A stretch of 64,000 nt of DNA from Planctomycetota bacterium (GTDB lineage Bacteria > Planctomycetota > PLA2 > JAEUHO01): contig CBDCWP010000024.1 of NCBI GenBank assembly GCA_965223505.1, positions 95,094-159,093 on the forward strand. The letters run 5' to 3'. Every line of letters begins with the position of its first letter. The first letter of the stretch is position 1. The notes beneath the pieces are model-generated. The model was not told the DNA's origin. It worked only from the letters and a program-made list of their open reading frames with translations, and ran no database searches. The position numbers and the translations under genes were made by a program. This document shows, one piece after another, positions 28,786-38,952 of the stretch.

Positions 28786-29281
28786 GGGCGCCGTCCCCGA
28801 GAGCAGCGCGCGACGCAAGCGCGAACGCAAGAAGAGCAACGCCAAGCTCTGGGCGTTCATCTGGGTCAACGGGCTGCTGTTGGGCGCCGGCATCTGGTTC
28901 TACATGCAGCCGCAGCACGTCAAGGACAACGTGCTCGGGCTGTTCGGCGAAGGCTGGGAGGGCCGGGCGGCACGCGTCGGCGTCTGCGTGGTCCTGCTCT
29001 TCGTGCTGGCCAAGCTCGTCCTCCCCGGCATCTACGGAACGAAGGGCGGCCTCGAGCGCCTCCTGCATCGCATGCAGTCGCGCAAGCTGCCTGTGCGCAT
29101 CGCGCTGTTTCCCTTGGAAGCGATCGTGTGGTTGTTCTGGTTCGGATTCTGGATCCTCTTCGCACTCGACGCCGTGTTGATCCTCGCCACGTGTGCGCTG
29201 TTGATCCTGCTCGTCGTCCGGATCGTGAATCCGGCGTTCATGGCGGAGTTCGCCGAGAAGTATCCGTGGCTGACGGGCTGA
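28778..29281 (+). CDS. Hypothetical multi-TM membrane protein
   Basis: Basic N-terminus and 3-4 hydrophobic segments; overlaps the upstream stop. Confidence 0.7.
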   Translation: MAKGAVPESSARRKRERKKSNAKLWAFIWVNGLLLGAGIWFYMQPQHVKDNVLGLFGEGWEGRAARVGVCVVLLFVLAKLVLPGIYGTKGGLERLLHRMQSRKLPVRIALFPLEAIVWLFWFGFWILFALDAVLILATCALLILLVVRIVNPAFMAEFAEKYPWLTG

Positions 29282-29294
29282 CGGGAATGGGCGC

Positions 29295-30162
29295 ATGAGC
29301 AACACGATCCGCATCGGAGTGGTCCAGACCCACGCGTCTTCGGACCCCGGCGACAACCTCGATCGCAACGTGGCCCTCGTCGAGGAGGCGGCGGGCAACG
29401 GAGCGAACGTGGTCTGTCTGCAGGAGCTCTTTCGCTCCCACTACTTCCCGCAAGCCGAAGACGACGCCAATTTCGCGCTCGCGGAAGCGCTGCCGGGCCC
29501 GACGACGAAGCGGCTCGCTTCGGTCGCGCGGGCGAACGGCATCGTGCTCGTCGCCAGCGTGTTCGAAAAGCGCGCGCCGGGCCTGTTCCACAACAGCGCG
29601 GCCGTGCTCGACGCCGACGGATCGTTCAAGGGCTGCTACCGCAAGATGCACATTCCCGACGACCCGCGCTTCTACGAGAAGTTCTACTTCACGCCGGGAG
29701 ACCTCGGCTTTCGCGCGTTCGACACTCGTTTCGGTCGCATCGGTGTGTTGATCTGTTGGGACCAGTGGTATCCGGAGGCCGCGCGGCTGACCGCGTTGGC
29801 CGGCGCGCAAGTATTGTTCTATCCGACGGCCATCGGCACCTGGACCGGCGAGATGGACCTGCTCGAACGACAGCACGACGCGTGGCGCACCGTGCAGCGC
29901 GGCCACGCCGTCGCCAACGGCGTGTTCGTCGCGGCGGCGAATCGCATCGGCGAGGAAGGGCAGATCCACTTCTGGGGACGCTCGTTCTTGGCGGCCCCGG
30001 ACGGGCGCGTGCTCACCGAGGCCGACGAGCACGAGACCGTCCTGGTCGCCGAGTGCGACCTCGGCGAGATCGACGCCGCGCGCGAGGGCTGGCCGTTCCT
30101 GCGCGACCGGCGCATCGACGCCTACGACGACCTCTCGAAGCGCTACCTCGATTCGGAGCCCC

Positions 30163-30170
<8 letters not shown>
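29295..30170 (+). CDS. aguB: N-carbamoylputrescine amidase (carbon-nitrogen hydrolase)
   Basis: LQELF, YRKMHIP, ICWDQWYPE catalytic triad; adjacent to aguA. Confidence 0.88.
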
Positions 30171-31176
<1,006 letters not shown>

Positions 31177-31301
31177 CGCCGCCGACGCGCGGTCAATCGA
31201 AAGAGGCGCTCGATCCGCAGGAACGGCGCTCCGAGGCCGCGAGCAACGTCGACGAGCGCGGACTGTACCTGTAGAACGAGGCGAACGGCCGCCCGGCTGC
31301 G

Positions 31302-31661
31302 TCAGCGCCAGCTCGTGTGCTTGACCGGCCGCGGCTCGTCGGACTTCGACGGGTCGCCGCCCAGGTAGGCAACGGCCTCGTCCACGGTCTCGAACGCGGG
31401 GAAGACCGTGTCGAGCTCGGTCATCTCGAGCAGCTGCACGAGCGCGGGCTGCAGACGGCACAGCGCGAGCTCGCCGTCCTGTTTCTCCATGCTCTGGTAC
31501 GCCTTGATCAAGTACCCCAGCGCGGCGGAGTTGATGAAGGGCAATGCATGCAGATCGATGGCGAGACGGCGCGTGCCGTCGGCGATGAGGTTGTCGACCG
31601 TCTGGATGAGTACCGGGAAGTCCTCGATGGTCCCGTCGAAGCTGATTACGTGCACGTCCAT
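31302..31661 (-). CDS. STAS-domain anti-sigma-factor antagonist
   Basis: IDLHALPFINSAALG with the conserved Ser. Confidence 0.85.
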   Translation of the reverse strand: MDVHVISFDGTIEDFPVLIQTVDNLIADGTRRLAIDLHALPFINSAALGYLIKAYQSMEKQDGELALCRLQPALVQLLEMTELDTVFPAFETVDEAVAYLGGDPSKSDEPRPVKHTSWR

Positions 31662-31712
31662 GGGCGCCAATTCTAGTCGAGACGTGTCATCGAATGCACG
31701 CCCTCCTGCCGT

Positions 31713-32504
31713 TTATGAACGGGGTCTTTGGAGGAGGTCCACGAGCGCCGCGTGCACCGTGTCCGTCGCGACGATCAGCGTGTCGCGCGCCTGCAGCGGA
31801 TCCCCGCCGGCACCGTCGGACACCGCGCCCCCCGCTTCGCGGACCAGCAGCACGCCGGGCGCCAGATCGTGCAACGGCGAGGCGTACCCGCGGCCGCCGA
31901 GGTAGCCGTCGGCGGTGCCCGCCGCGACGTCGCGCAGCTGGAGCGCTATCGTGCCGAAGGAGCGCACCTTGTAGGTGGCCCGCCGAAGCCGTGTGATCAG
32001 ATCGGCGTCGTCGACGAAGATCCCGGTGTTCGCGAGGTCGACGTAGACGATCGCCTCCTCGACCGGCCGGCTGCTCAGCTCGAGGCGCTTGCCGTCGCGC
32101 CACGCGCCGGCGCCGGCGGCCGCCCACGTGAAGTCGTCGCGCAGCGGCTCGTACACCGCCGAGAACAGCGGGTCGATCCCGTCGAGCAACGCGACCTGGC
32201 TGCCGAAGAGGGGACTGCGTCGCGCGAAGTTGGCGGTCCCGTCCAGGGGGTCGAGCACCCACGTCGGCGTGCCTTCGCGAATCACGCCGCTCTCTTCGCC
32301 GATGAGCCCGTAGTCCGGTTCCAAGGCCAGGAGGGCATCACCGAGCAGCCCTTCGAGCTCGTGGTCGAGCGCGGTCACCACGCTGCCGTCGTGCTTCAGC
32401 CGACGTTGCTCGGGCTCACGCTCGAACGCCTCCACCACGCGCGACCGAATCCCACGGAACGCCGCCTCCACGTCCCCTGCGTAACGGGCCGGGTCCTTGC
32501 GCAT
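31713..32504 (-). CDS. Inositol monophosphatase-family protein
   Basis: GEE, WVLDPLDGTANF, HDLAPG..LVREAGG motifs. Confidence 0.9.
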   Translation of the reverse strand: MRKDPARYAGDVEAAFRGIRSRVVEAFEREPEQRRLKHDGSVVTALDHELEGLLGDALLALEPDYGLIGEESGVIREGTPTWVLDPLDGTANFARRSPLFGSQVALLDGIDPLFSAVYEPLRDDFTWAAAGAGAWRDGKRLELSSRPVEEAIVYVDLANTGIFVDDADLITRLRRATYKVRSFGTIALQLRDVAAGTADGYLGGRGYASPLHDLAPGVLLVREAGGAVSDGAGGDPLQARDTLIVATDTVHAALVDLLQRPRS

Positions 32505-34141
32505 CAGTCGCTACCGCATTGCGCTTCGAGCACGTCGAGAAGGCACATCACCATCGGTTCGACGGCTTCGCCGGACTCGTGCCGCACGACGAACGACGCT
32601 TCGTCGTCGCCGAGCGGCTCGGCCTCCCGCATCTGTTGCTCGTAGATCGTGAAGTCGGCGTCACTGGCGTCGTCGCCGCGCGCGCCGCGCGCGGCGAGCC
32701 GCTCGCGGATGACGGCGGACGCCGCGGTCACGTCGACGATCGCAAACGGGACGCGGAGCGCTTGCGCGAGCGCGCGCGCACGGCCGCGGCTGTCCGCGCG
32801 CAGGTACGTCGCGTCGAGGATCGCCGCATGTCCCCGCCCCACCGCCTCGCGCGCGCGGTCGAGCAACGCTGCGTACGTACGCCCGGACATGTCGGCGCCG
32901 TAGACGTCGGACTTCGCGGCCGCGTCGGGCCGGTCCGTGGGCGCCATGCCCAGCAGCGCCTTGCGCACGACGTCGCTGCGGATGATCTCGGCGCGCAACC
33001 ACGGGCCGAAGAGCGAGGCGAGGGTCGACTTTCCGGTGCCGGACGGCCCGCGCATGACGAGGATCGGCGGGTTGCCGCCGGCGAACGACTCCGCCCAGGC
33101 CAACGCGAAGTGGCGGCGCCCGGACGCCTCGCTCGCGGCTCGCTGCGCGTCGTCGATCTCGGTCTCCTCGCTGGTCACGAATCCGACCATGGCGCGGACG
33201 TGAGCGCGGTACGCGCGGAACAACGGCAGCAGCCGGTCGGCATCGAGTTCGTCCGCGGCTTCCACGTAGCTCGTTTCCAGCCGCCGGCCGAGATCGCGCC
33301 GCCCGGCGGCGGTCAGACCCATCGACAGGAAGGCCAGGTCGGAGAGCGGATCGATGCGACGCAGCCGGGGCGTGAACTCGACGCAGTCGATGATGCCCCA
33401 GCGCCCGTTGTGCAAGACGACGTGATCGGGACGGAGGTCGCCGTGCCCGTCCACAGCGCGGCCGCGCGCGACGCGTCGTTCGAGGACGGACCGGCAGGCT
33501 TCGAGCTGCGCATGGATGCGCGCCACCGCCCGATCGTGCGGACGCGCCGGGAACAGCCCCCCCGCGGCGCGCTTCGTCGACGCGAAGTTGCGGCCCAGAA
33601 CGTCCTCGAACAAGGCGACGGGATCGTCCTCGAGCGCGGCGTCGTCGAGGCGATGCCGCGCGTGAAAGCGCGCGATCTTGCGCGCGACGTCGTCGACGTC
33701 GTCGGACGTAACGGTGTCGGTTCGCAGCCGCTCCGCCCACGTCGATCCGCGTTCGAGGCGCACCATCACGACGGCGTGATCGACGACGTCGCCGGCGCCG
33801 CCCACGTGCAGACGGCCGTCGCGGCGTACGACCGGCTCGACGCCGAGGTAGACGTCGGGCGCAAGCCGCCGATTGAGGCGGACCTCTTCCTCGCACCAGT
33901 GCTTGCGTTTCTCGAAGGTCGTGTAGTCGACGAGCCCCCAGAACGTCGCCGGCTTCTTGAGCTTGTACGCGCGATCACCGGCGAGGAAGACGACGCTGAT
34001 GTGCGTCTGCACGACCTCGACGGTTTCGTCCTCGCCGAGGCCGAAGGCGGCCGGATCGCGTAGATCGCGCAGCAGCTCGTCCAGCGTCGCGCGCACGTCG
34101 ACCTCGACCGGCGGGGGCGGCTCGGGTCGTTGTGTCGACAT
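32504..34141 (-). CDS. Bifunctional aminoglycoside-phosphotransferase-like / AAA kinase protein
   Basis: QTHIS, YKLKKP, HGDL, DCVEF motifs; C-terminal GPSGTGKST, RSD..RK, SDAD. Confidence 0.88.
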   Translation of the reverse strand: MSTQRPEPPPPVEVDVRATLDELLRDLRDPAAFGLGEDETVEVVQTHISVVFLAGDRAYKLKKPATFWGLVDYTTFEKRKHWCEEEVRLNRRLAPDVYLGVEPVVRRDGRLHVGGAGDVVDHAVVMVRLERGSTWAERLRTDTVTSDDVDDVARKIARFHARHRLDDAALEDDPVALFEDVLGRNFASTKRAAGGLFPARPHDRAVARIHAQLEACRSVLERRVARGRAVDGHGDLRPDHVVLHNGRWGIIDCVEFTPRLRRIDPLSDLAFLSMGLTAAGRRDLGRRLETSYVEAADELDADRLLPLFRAYRAHVRAMVGFVTSEETEIDDAQRAASEASGRRHFALAWAESFAGGNPPILVMRGPSGTGKSTLASLFGPWLRAEIIRSDVVRKALLGMAPTDRPDAAAKSDVYGADMSGRTYAALLDRAREAVGRGHAAILDATYLRADSRGRARALAQALRVPFAIVDVTAASAVIRERLAARGARGDDASDADFTIYEQQMREAEPLGDDEASFVVRHESGEAVEPMVMCLLDVLEAQCGSD

Positions 34142-34158
34142 GGTGCTACGGTACCGCG

Positions 34159-34824
34159 ATGGCCCGCAAAGCACGACCCGCCCGGCGGTCTTCGCTCAAG
34201 GAACGCAAGATCGTCATCACGACGGGACCGACACGCGAGTACCTCGACGACGTTCGTTTTCTTTCCAACGCGTCGACGGGACGCATGGGCGTCGAGCTCG
34301 CCCGCGAAGCGCGGCGGCGCGGCGCGCGTGTCGTGCTGATTCACGGTCCGATCCACCTGCCGTTGCCGAAGGGCGTGGACTCCCGCGCGGTGACGTCGAC
34401 GGCCGACTTGTTGAAGGCGACGCGCGACGCTGCGAAGCACGCCGGATGTGTGATCTTCGCCGCGGCGCCGGCCGACTACCGTCCGGCGCGGCGCCGCAAG
34501 GGCAAGCCCGCGCGCGAGGGCGGCGGCGCGTTTCAGCTTGCGCTCGCCCCGACGACGGACGTCGCGGCGACGCTCGGGGCGCGCAAGGGCGGCCGCATTC
34601 ACGTGGGATTCGCGCTCGAGGTCGGCGGCGGCGAGGCGCGCGCACGGCGCAAGCTCGAGCGCAAGAACTTCGACGCGATCGTACTGAACCATCTCGCGAA
34701 TCTGGGCGAGGGCGGCGGCAAGGCGCGATGGGTGCCGGCGAAGGGGAGCAGCAGCAACCTCCCGACGACGTCGAAGCAGGCAATGGCGCGCGCGGTGTTG
34801 AACCAGGTCGCGCGGTTGTTCTAG
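34159..34824 (+). CDS. coaB: Stand-alone phosphopantothenate--cysteine ligase
   Basis: GPTREYLDDVRFLSNASTGRMG, AAAPADY, GFALE motifs; no CoaC domain. Confidence 0.88.
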   Translation: MARKARPARRSSLKERKIVITTGPTREYLDDVRFLSNASTGRMGVELAREARRRGARVVLIHGPIHLPLPKGVDSRAVTSTADLLKATRDAAKHAGCVIFAAAPADYRPARRRKGKPAREGGGAFQLALAPTTDVAATLGARKGGRIHVGFALEVGGGEARARRKLERKNFDAIVLNHLANLGEGGGKARWVPAKGSSSNLPTTSKQAMARAVLNQVARLF

Positions 34825-34921
34825 CCGGGCCCTCTCCTGCCCCGATGGCGGCCGAACGCGCGCGCAGGTCGGACCGTTGCGCCCGCGGGCGCCGCGGTGG
34901 GTGAGGAAGCGTAGCTGAAAG

Positions 34922-36277
34922 CTACCCTTCCTCGGGGACTTGAATCTTCCGGTCGAACACCATCGATCGGTCCAACCGCGCATCCAACGAGTCGAACACC
35001 GTCGCCACGTTCGGCTGCGGCCGGCCGCGGTAGACCTCCTCGCCGTCCACCACCAACACGGTGTCGCGATGCACGTCGATCATCTCGTCGTTCAGATAGA
35101 TCGTGAAGTCCTCCGGAAACGCCGGCTTGCCGACCGTGAGCTCGATCCGATTGGTGGTCTCCGTCTTGCGAATCGTCGCGCGCACGACCATGTAGTCCTC
35201 CGGCCGTTGGCAGTGCAGCCAGTAGAACCACTTCTTGATGTAGCGGTCGACCTTGTCCTCACGGTCCTTCGGGATCCAAGGCGCGTTGTTGTATTCCCAG
35301 ACCAACGTGTCCGGGAACGTGTTGCGCTTCTGCTCGCTGATCCACTTGATGCCCGTGCCGGGCTCGCCGGGCGGGAACGAGTGGGCGATGCCTTCGTGCG
35401 CCTTGAACCGCAGCAGCTGATAGCCCGTCGGATCCTTCTTCTTCAGCTCCTGGATGTGGTTCCACATCTTGATGTAGGTCCACGGCTCACAGTTCACGTC
35501 GAGCAGCCCGGTGTAGATGTAGACGGCCAGGTTGCGCAGGTTCGGCATCGTGCCATGCTCGAGCTCGCCCGTCTCCTCGACGGACTTCGTCTTCACACCG
35601 CCGCGCGCCGACAGGATGCCGTGGGCGGGGATCGCGCCAGCCAGGAGGTCCGGATGGCGCCCTGACATGAACAACGACCCCGTGCCGCCCATGCTGAAGC
35701 CCATGGAGTAGACGCGATCGGGGTCGATCTCGTACCGCGCCTTCGCGAATTCGATGAGCGTCAGCAGGAATCGCTCGCCGTGCACCGAGTTCCACGTGTC
35801 GTGGATGAGCCGGATGCCCTGCGGCGCGATCGTCATGTTGCCCGCGACCTTCCACTTGCCGAAGGCCTCGCTCTTGTTGCCGGCCCCGACGCCGCCGCCG
35901 TGCAGCGCCAGCACGAGGCCCGACTTCTTGCCGCCGGCGCCCGACTGGTCCCAGATCGCCTCGCCGTACGGCGTGTCCATCTTCTTCTTGAACTTCGGTG
36001 CGTTCTTCTTGACGCCCTTCTTCCACAGCAGCTCGACGACCTCGGCGAGACCGCCTTCCGGCATGGCGCCGAGCGCGCGCGCCTCGTCCATGAGCGCCTT
36101 GCGCTTGTCGCGATCCCACGACTCGAAATACGTCTTGGGACGGGCCGCGAACCAACGCGCGGCCAGATCCTGGATCTCCTTGATCGTCTTCTTGTCGAGC
36201 TTCTCGGCGGCCGAGACGTCACGCGTCACGCCCGGAATGAGCAGGAACACGAGCAAGATCGGCACGAGACGGATCAC
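34922..36277 (-). CDS. Secreted alpha/beta hydrolase
   Basis: Signal peptide; LHGGG, IDPDRVYSMGFSMGG nucleophile elbow, later Asp and His. Confidence 0.8.
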   Translation of the reverse strand: MIRLVPILLVFLLIPGVTRDVSAAEKLDKKTIKEIQDLAARWFAARPKTYFESWDRDKRKALMDEARALGAMPEGGLAEVVELLWKKGVKKNAPKFKKKMDTPYGEAIWDQSGAGGKKSGLVLALHGGGVGAGNKSEAFGKWKVAGNMTIAPQGIRLIHDTWNSVHGERFLLTLIEFAKARYEIDPDRVYSMGFSMGGTGSLFMSGRHPDLLAGAIPAHGILSARGGVKTKSVEETGELEHGTMPNLRNLAVYIYTGLLDVNCEPWTYIKMWNHIQELKKKDPTGYQLLRFKAHEGIAHSFPPGEPGTGIKWISEQKRNTFPDTLVWEYNNAPWIPKDREDKVDRYIKKWFYWLHCQRPEDYMVVRATIRKTETTNRIELTVGKPAFPEDFTIYLNDEMIDVHRDTVLVVDGEEVYRGRPQPNVATVFDSLDARLDRSMVFDRKIQVPEEG

Positions 36278-36314
36278 GCGCGGGAGTATACGCCGTCGGG
36301 ACGGGGCTCCGGCC

Positions 36315-37415
36315 CTAGGACAGCCGGCCGTAGGCCGCGAGGGTGAGCCGCGCGGTGTTGCGATAGCCGAAGCGCGACGTGGCGCGGGAACGCGCCGCGG
36401 CGCCCAGGCCGCGGGCGCCGCCCGGGTCGTTCAACAACGACTCGATGGCGATCGCCAGCTCCGGGACGTCGCCGGGCTCGACCAGCAGTGCCTCTTGGTT
36501 GTCGCGCACCAGCTCCGGGATGCCGCCGGCACGCGTCGCGACGATCGGGCACGCCGAGGCCATGGCCTCGAGCACCGCGAGCGAGAAGCCCTCGGAGATG
36601 CTGGGGCAGCAGAACAGATCGAAGAACGCCAGCAGGGACGGGACGTCGTCGCGCACGCCGGCGAATCGAACGCGATCGCCGCAACCGGCGTCGGCCGCCT
36701 GCGCGGTGAGCGCCGCGCGCTCGGGGCCGTCGCCGACGAAGAGGCAGTACAGCTTCGGATGCGCGGGATAGAGGCGGGCGAACGCCGCCAGCAGGTTGCG
36801 TTGCGCCTTCTCGGGCGTGTGCGCCCCGACGTTGCCGAGCACGAACGCGTCATCGGGGAGCTTCCACTCCTTCCGATACGTGCGCGAGAGATCCAAGGGG
36901 TTCGCAAAGAGCGCCGTCTCGATCCCGTTGTGAACGACCGTGAGCTTGTCGTCCGACACACCGTCCTCGAGCAGCTGCTTCTTCACGGCGTTGGAGATGC
37001 AGACGATCAGATCGGCCCGGTTGTACTTCCACCGGTTCAACCCCATGAACGAGTGTCGGAAGATCGAGTACGCCACGTGACGCGTCACCACGATCCTCGG
37101 CTTGCGCTTGCCGCAGCGGCGCTTCGCCTTGAGACAAATGGAGTGCGCGTGAGCCGTGTGCGCGTGCAGGATGTCCGCCGGGTCTTCGCGCAACATGCGG
37201 CCGATGTGCAGCGGCGCGACCCAGTCGAGCCCGGCGCCCATCGGCATCTCGGTCACGTCGAATCCGGCGTCGAACGCGCGCTTGGCCATGGCGCCGCCGC
37301 GCTGCGCGACGAGCCGCTGATCGACACCGAGCTCGCGCAAGCCGCGCATGAGCAAGAGCGCCTGATTCTCCCCGCCGCGCCAGGCGCGCTCGGTGTTGAC
37401 GTGAACGACCTGCAC
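36315..37415 (-). CDS. GT4 glycosyltransferase
   Basis: GGENQ, HNGI, EGFSLAVLEAMA, GGIPE motifs. Confidence 0.92.
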   Translation of the reverse strand: MQVVHVNTERAWRGGENQALLLMRGLRELGVDQRLVAQRGGAMAKRAFDAGFDVTEMPMGAGLDWVAPLHIGRMLREDPADILHAHTAHAHSICLKAKRRCGKRKPRIVVTRHVAYSIFRHSFMGLNRWKYNRADLIVCISNAVKKQLLEDGVSDDKLTVVHNGIETALFANPLDLSRTYRKEWKLPDDAFVLGNVGAHTPEKAQRNLLAAFARLYPAHPKLYCLFVGDGPERAALTAQAADAGCGDRVRFAGVRDDVPSLLAFFDLFCCPSISEGFSLAVLEAMASACPIVATRAGGIPELVRDNQEALLVEPGDVPELAIAIESLLNDPGGARGLGAAARSRATSRFGYRNTARLTLAAYGRLS

Positions 37416-37425
37416 GCGGCAGAGC

Positions 37426-38877
37426 CTACAGGTACGAGACCTGCTGGCCCTCCTTGGCGTCCTTCACGGCGATCCCGGCCTCGGCCAGCTCGTCACGCAG
37501 CCGGTCGGCCTCGGCCCAGTCCTTCTCCGCCCGCGCGGTCGCGCGCGCGTCCACCAGCGCCTGCTGCGCGGGCGTGAGCGCGACCTCGTCCGAAGCGCCC
37601 AGCTTCAGCCCCAGGACGCGATCCGCGCGCTCGAGCAGCCGCACCACCGACGCGGCGTCGCGGTCCGAGAGCTCGCCCGCCTGCAGGCGGCGGTTGCCCT
37701 CCCCCACCAGCGACTGCACCACGGCAATCGCCTCGCTCGTCTGGAGGTCGTTGTTCATGGCGCGTTCGAATTCTTCGAACGCGGCGTGTGCGAACTCGGA
37801 AGGTTCGCTGTTCCCGGCGACCTGCCGGAGACGGCCGTAGGCCTCGTCCAGGTTCTTGAGCGTCTTGCGCGCTTCCTCGAGCCCGTGCCAGCTGAAGTCC
37901 ATCTGCGTGCGGTAGTGCGAACGCACGGCCATGAAGCGGAAGGCGCGCGCACCGAAGGGACCGGCGCGCTCCAGCACGTCCTGCAACGTGTAGAAGTTGC
38001 CCTTGCTCTTCGACATCTTCGCGCCGTCCACCAGCAGGTGGCGGTTGTGCATCCAGTACTTCACGAATGGGGCCTTGCCGGTCGTGGCCTCGCTCTGCGC
38101 GATCTCGTTCTGGTGGTGCGGGAAGATCAGGTCCTCGCCGCCCAGGTGCAGATCAATCTGCTCGCCCAGCTCGGCCGACGACATGACGGAACACTCGATG
38201 TGCCATCCGGGACGGCCCTTCACGACGCGAGATTCGCCGTCGATCCGGAACTCCGGCTCCCAGAAGACGTCGCCGTCTTCCGGCACGAACGCCTTCCAGA
38301 GCGCGAAGTCCGCGACCGCGTCCTTCTCGTACTCGTCGGCGGAGACGCGGCCGCTGGCGCCCGCCTGGAGCTTCTCCATGTCGAGGTGCGCGAGCTCGCC
38401 GTACGTCTCGAACGACGCGACGCGGTAGTAGATCGACCCGTCGTCGGCCTGGTACGCGTGCTCCTTGTCGAGCAGGACCTGGATCGCCTCGACCATGCCG
38501 AGGTTGCCCTCGCGTCCGAAGACGTGGTGGGTCGCGCGCGGGTACGCGTCGGCCGCCTCGATGCCGAGGGCCTTCACCCCGTCGAAGAACACCTCGGTCC
38601 AGCGGTCCGTGAAGGTCTTGCGGTCTTCGCCGGCTGCGATCGAGTCACGAATGATCTTGTCCTCGACGTCCGTGATGTTCATCACGTACCGGACGGTGTA
38701 TCCGGACTCGCGCAGCCAGCGCACCAACACGTCGGTGAAGAGGAACGCGTACCAGTTTCCGATGTGAACGTGGCTGTAGACCGTCGGGCCACAGGAGTAG
38801 AGCGCTACCGCGGGCGGATGCAGAGGTTCGAAAAGCTCGACCCTTCGGGTGAGGCTGTTGTAGACGGAGAGGGGCAT
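37426..38877 (-). CDS. cysS: Cysteine--tRNA ligase
   Basis: CGPTVY, HIGN, GRPGWHIECS, FPHHQNE, KMSKS motifs. Confidence 0.97.
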   Translation of the reverse strand: MPLSVYNSLTRRVELFEPLHPPAVALYSCGPTVYSHVHIGNWYAFLFTDVLVRWLRESGYTVRYVMNITDVEDKIIRDSIAAGEDRKTFTDRWTEVFFDGVKALGIEAADAYPRATHHVFGREGNLGMVEAIQVLLDKEHAYQADDGSIYYRVASFETYGELAHLDMEKLQAGASGRVSADEYEKDAVADFALWKAFVPEDGDVFWEPEFRIDGESRVVKGRPGWHIECSVMSSAELGEQIDLHLGGEDLIFPHHQNEIAQSEATTGKAPFVKYWMHNRHLLVDGAKMSKSKGNFYTLQDVLERAGPFGARAFRFMAVRSHYRTQMDFSWHGLEEARKTLKNLDEAYGRLRQVAGNSEPSEFAHAAFEEFERAMNNDLQTSEAIAVVQSLVGEGNRRLQAGELSDRDAASVVRLLERADRVLGLKLGASDEVALTPAQQALVDARATARAEKDWAEADRLRDELAEAGIAVKDAKEGQQVSYL

Positions 38878-38952
38878 GGGCGGCTGTGCATCGCGTTTCG
38901 GTTTCGAGCGGGGAATGGTATCCGATCCGTCGGGAAACCGGACGGAATCCGC

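Noticed and set aside
34159..34824. Stand-alone coaB as a truncated coaBC pseudogene
   Set aside because: Split coaB/coaC genes are known, and the CoaB motifs are intact.
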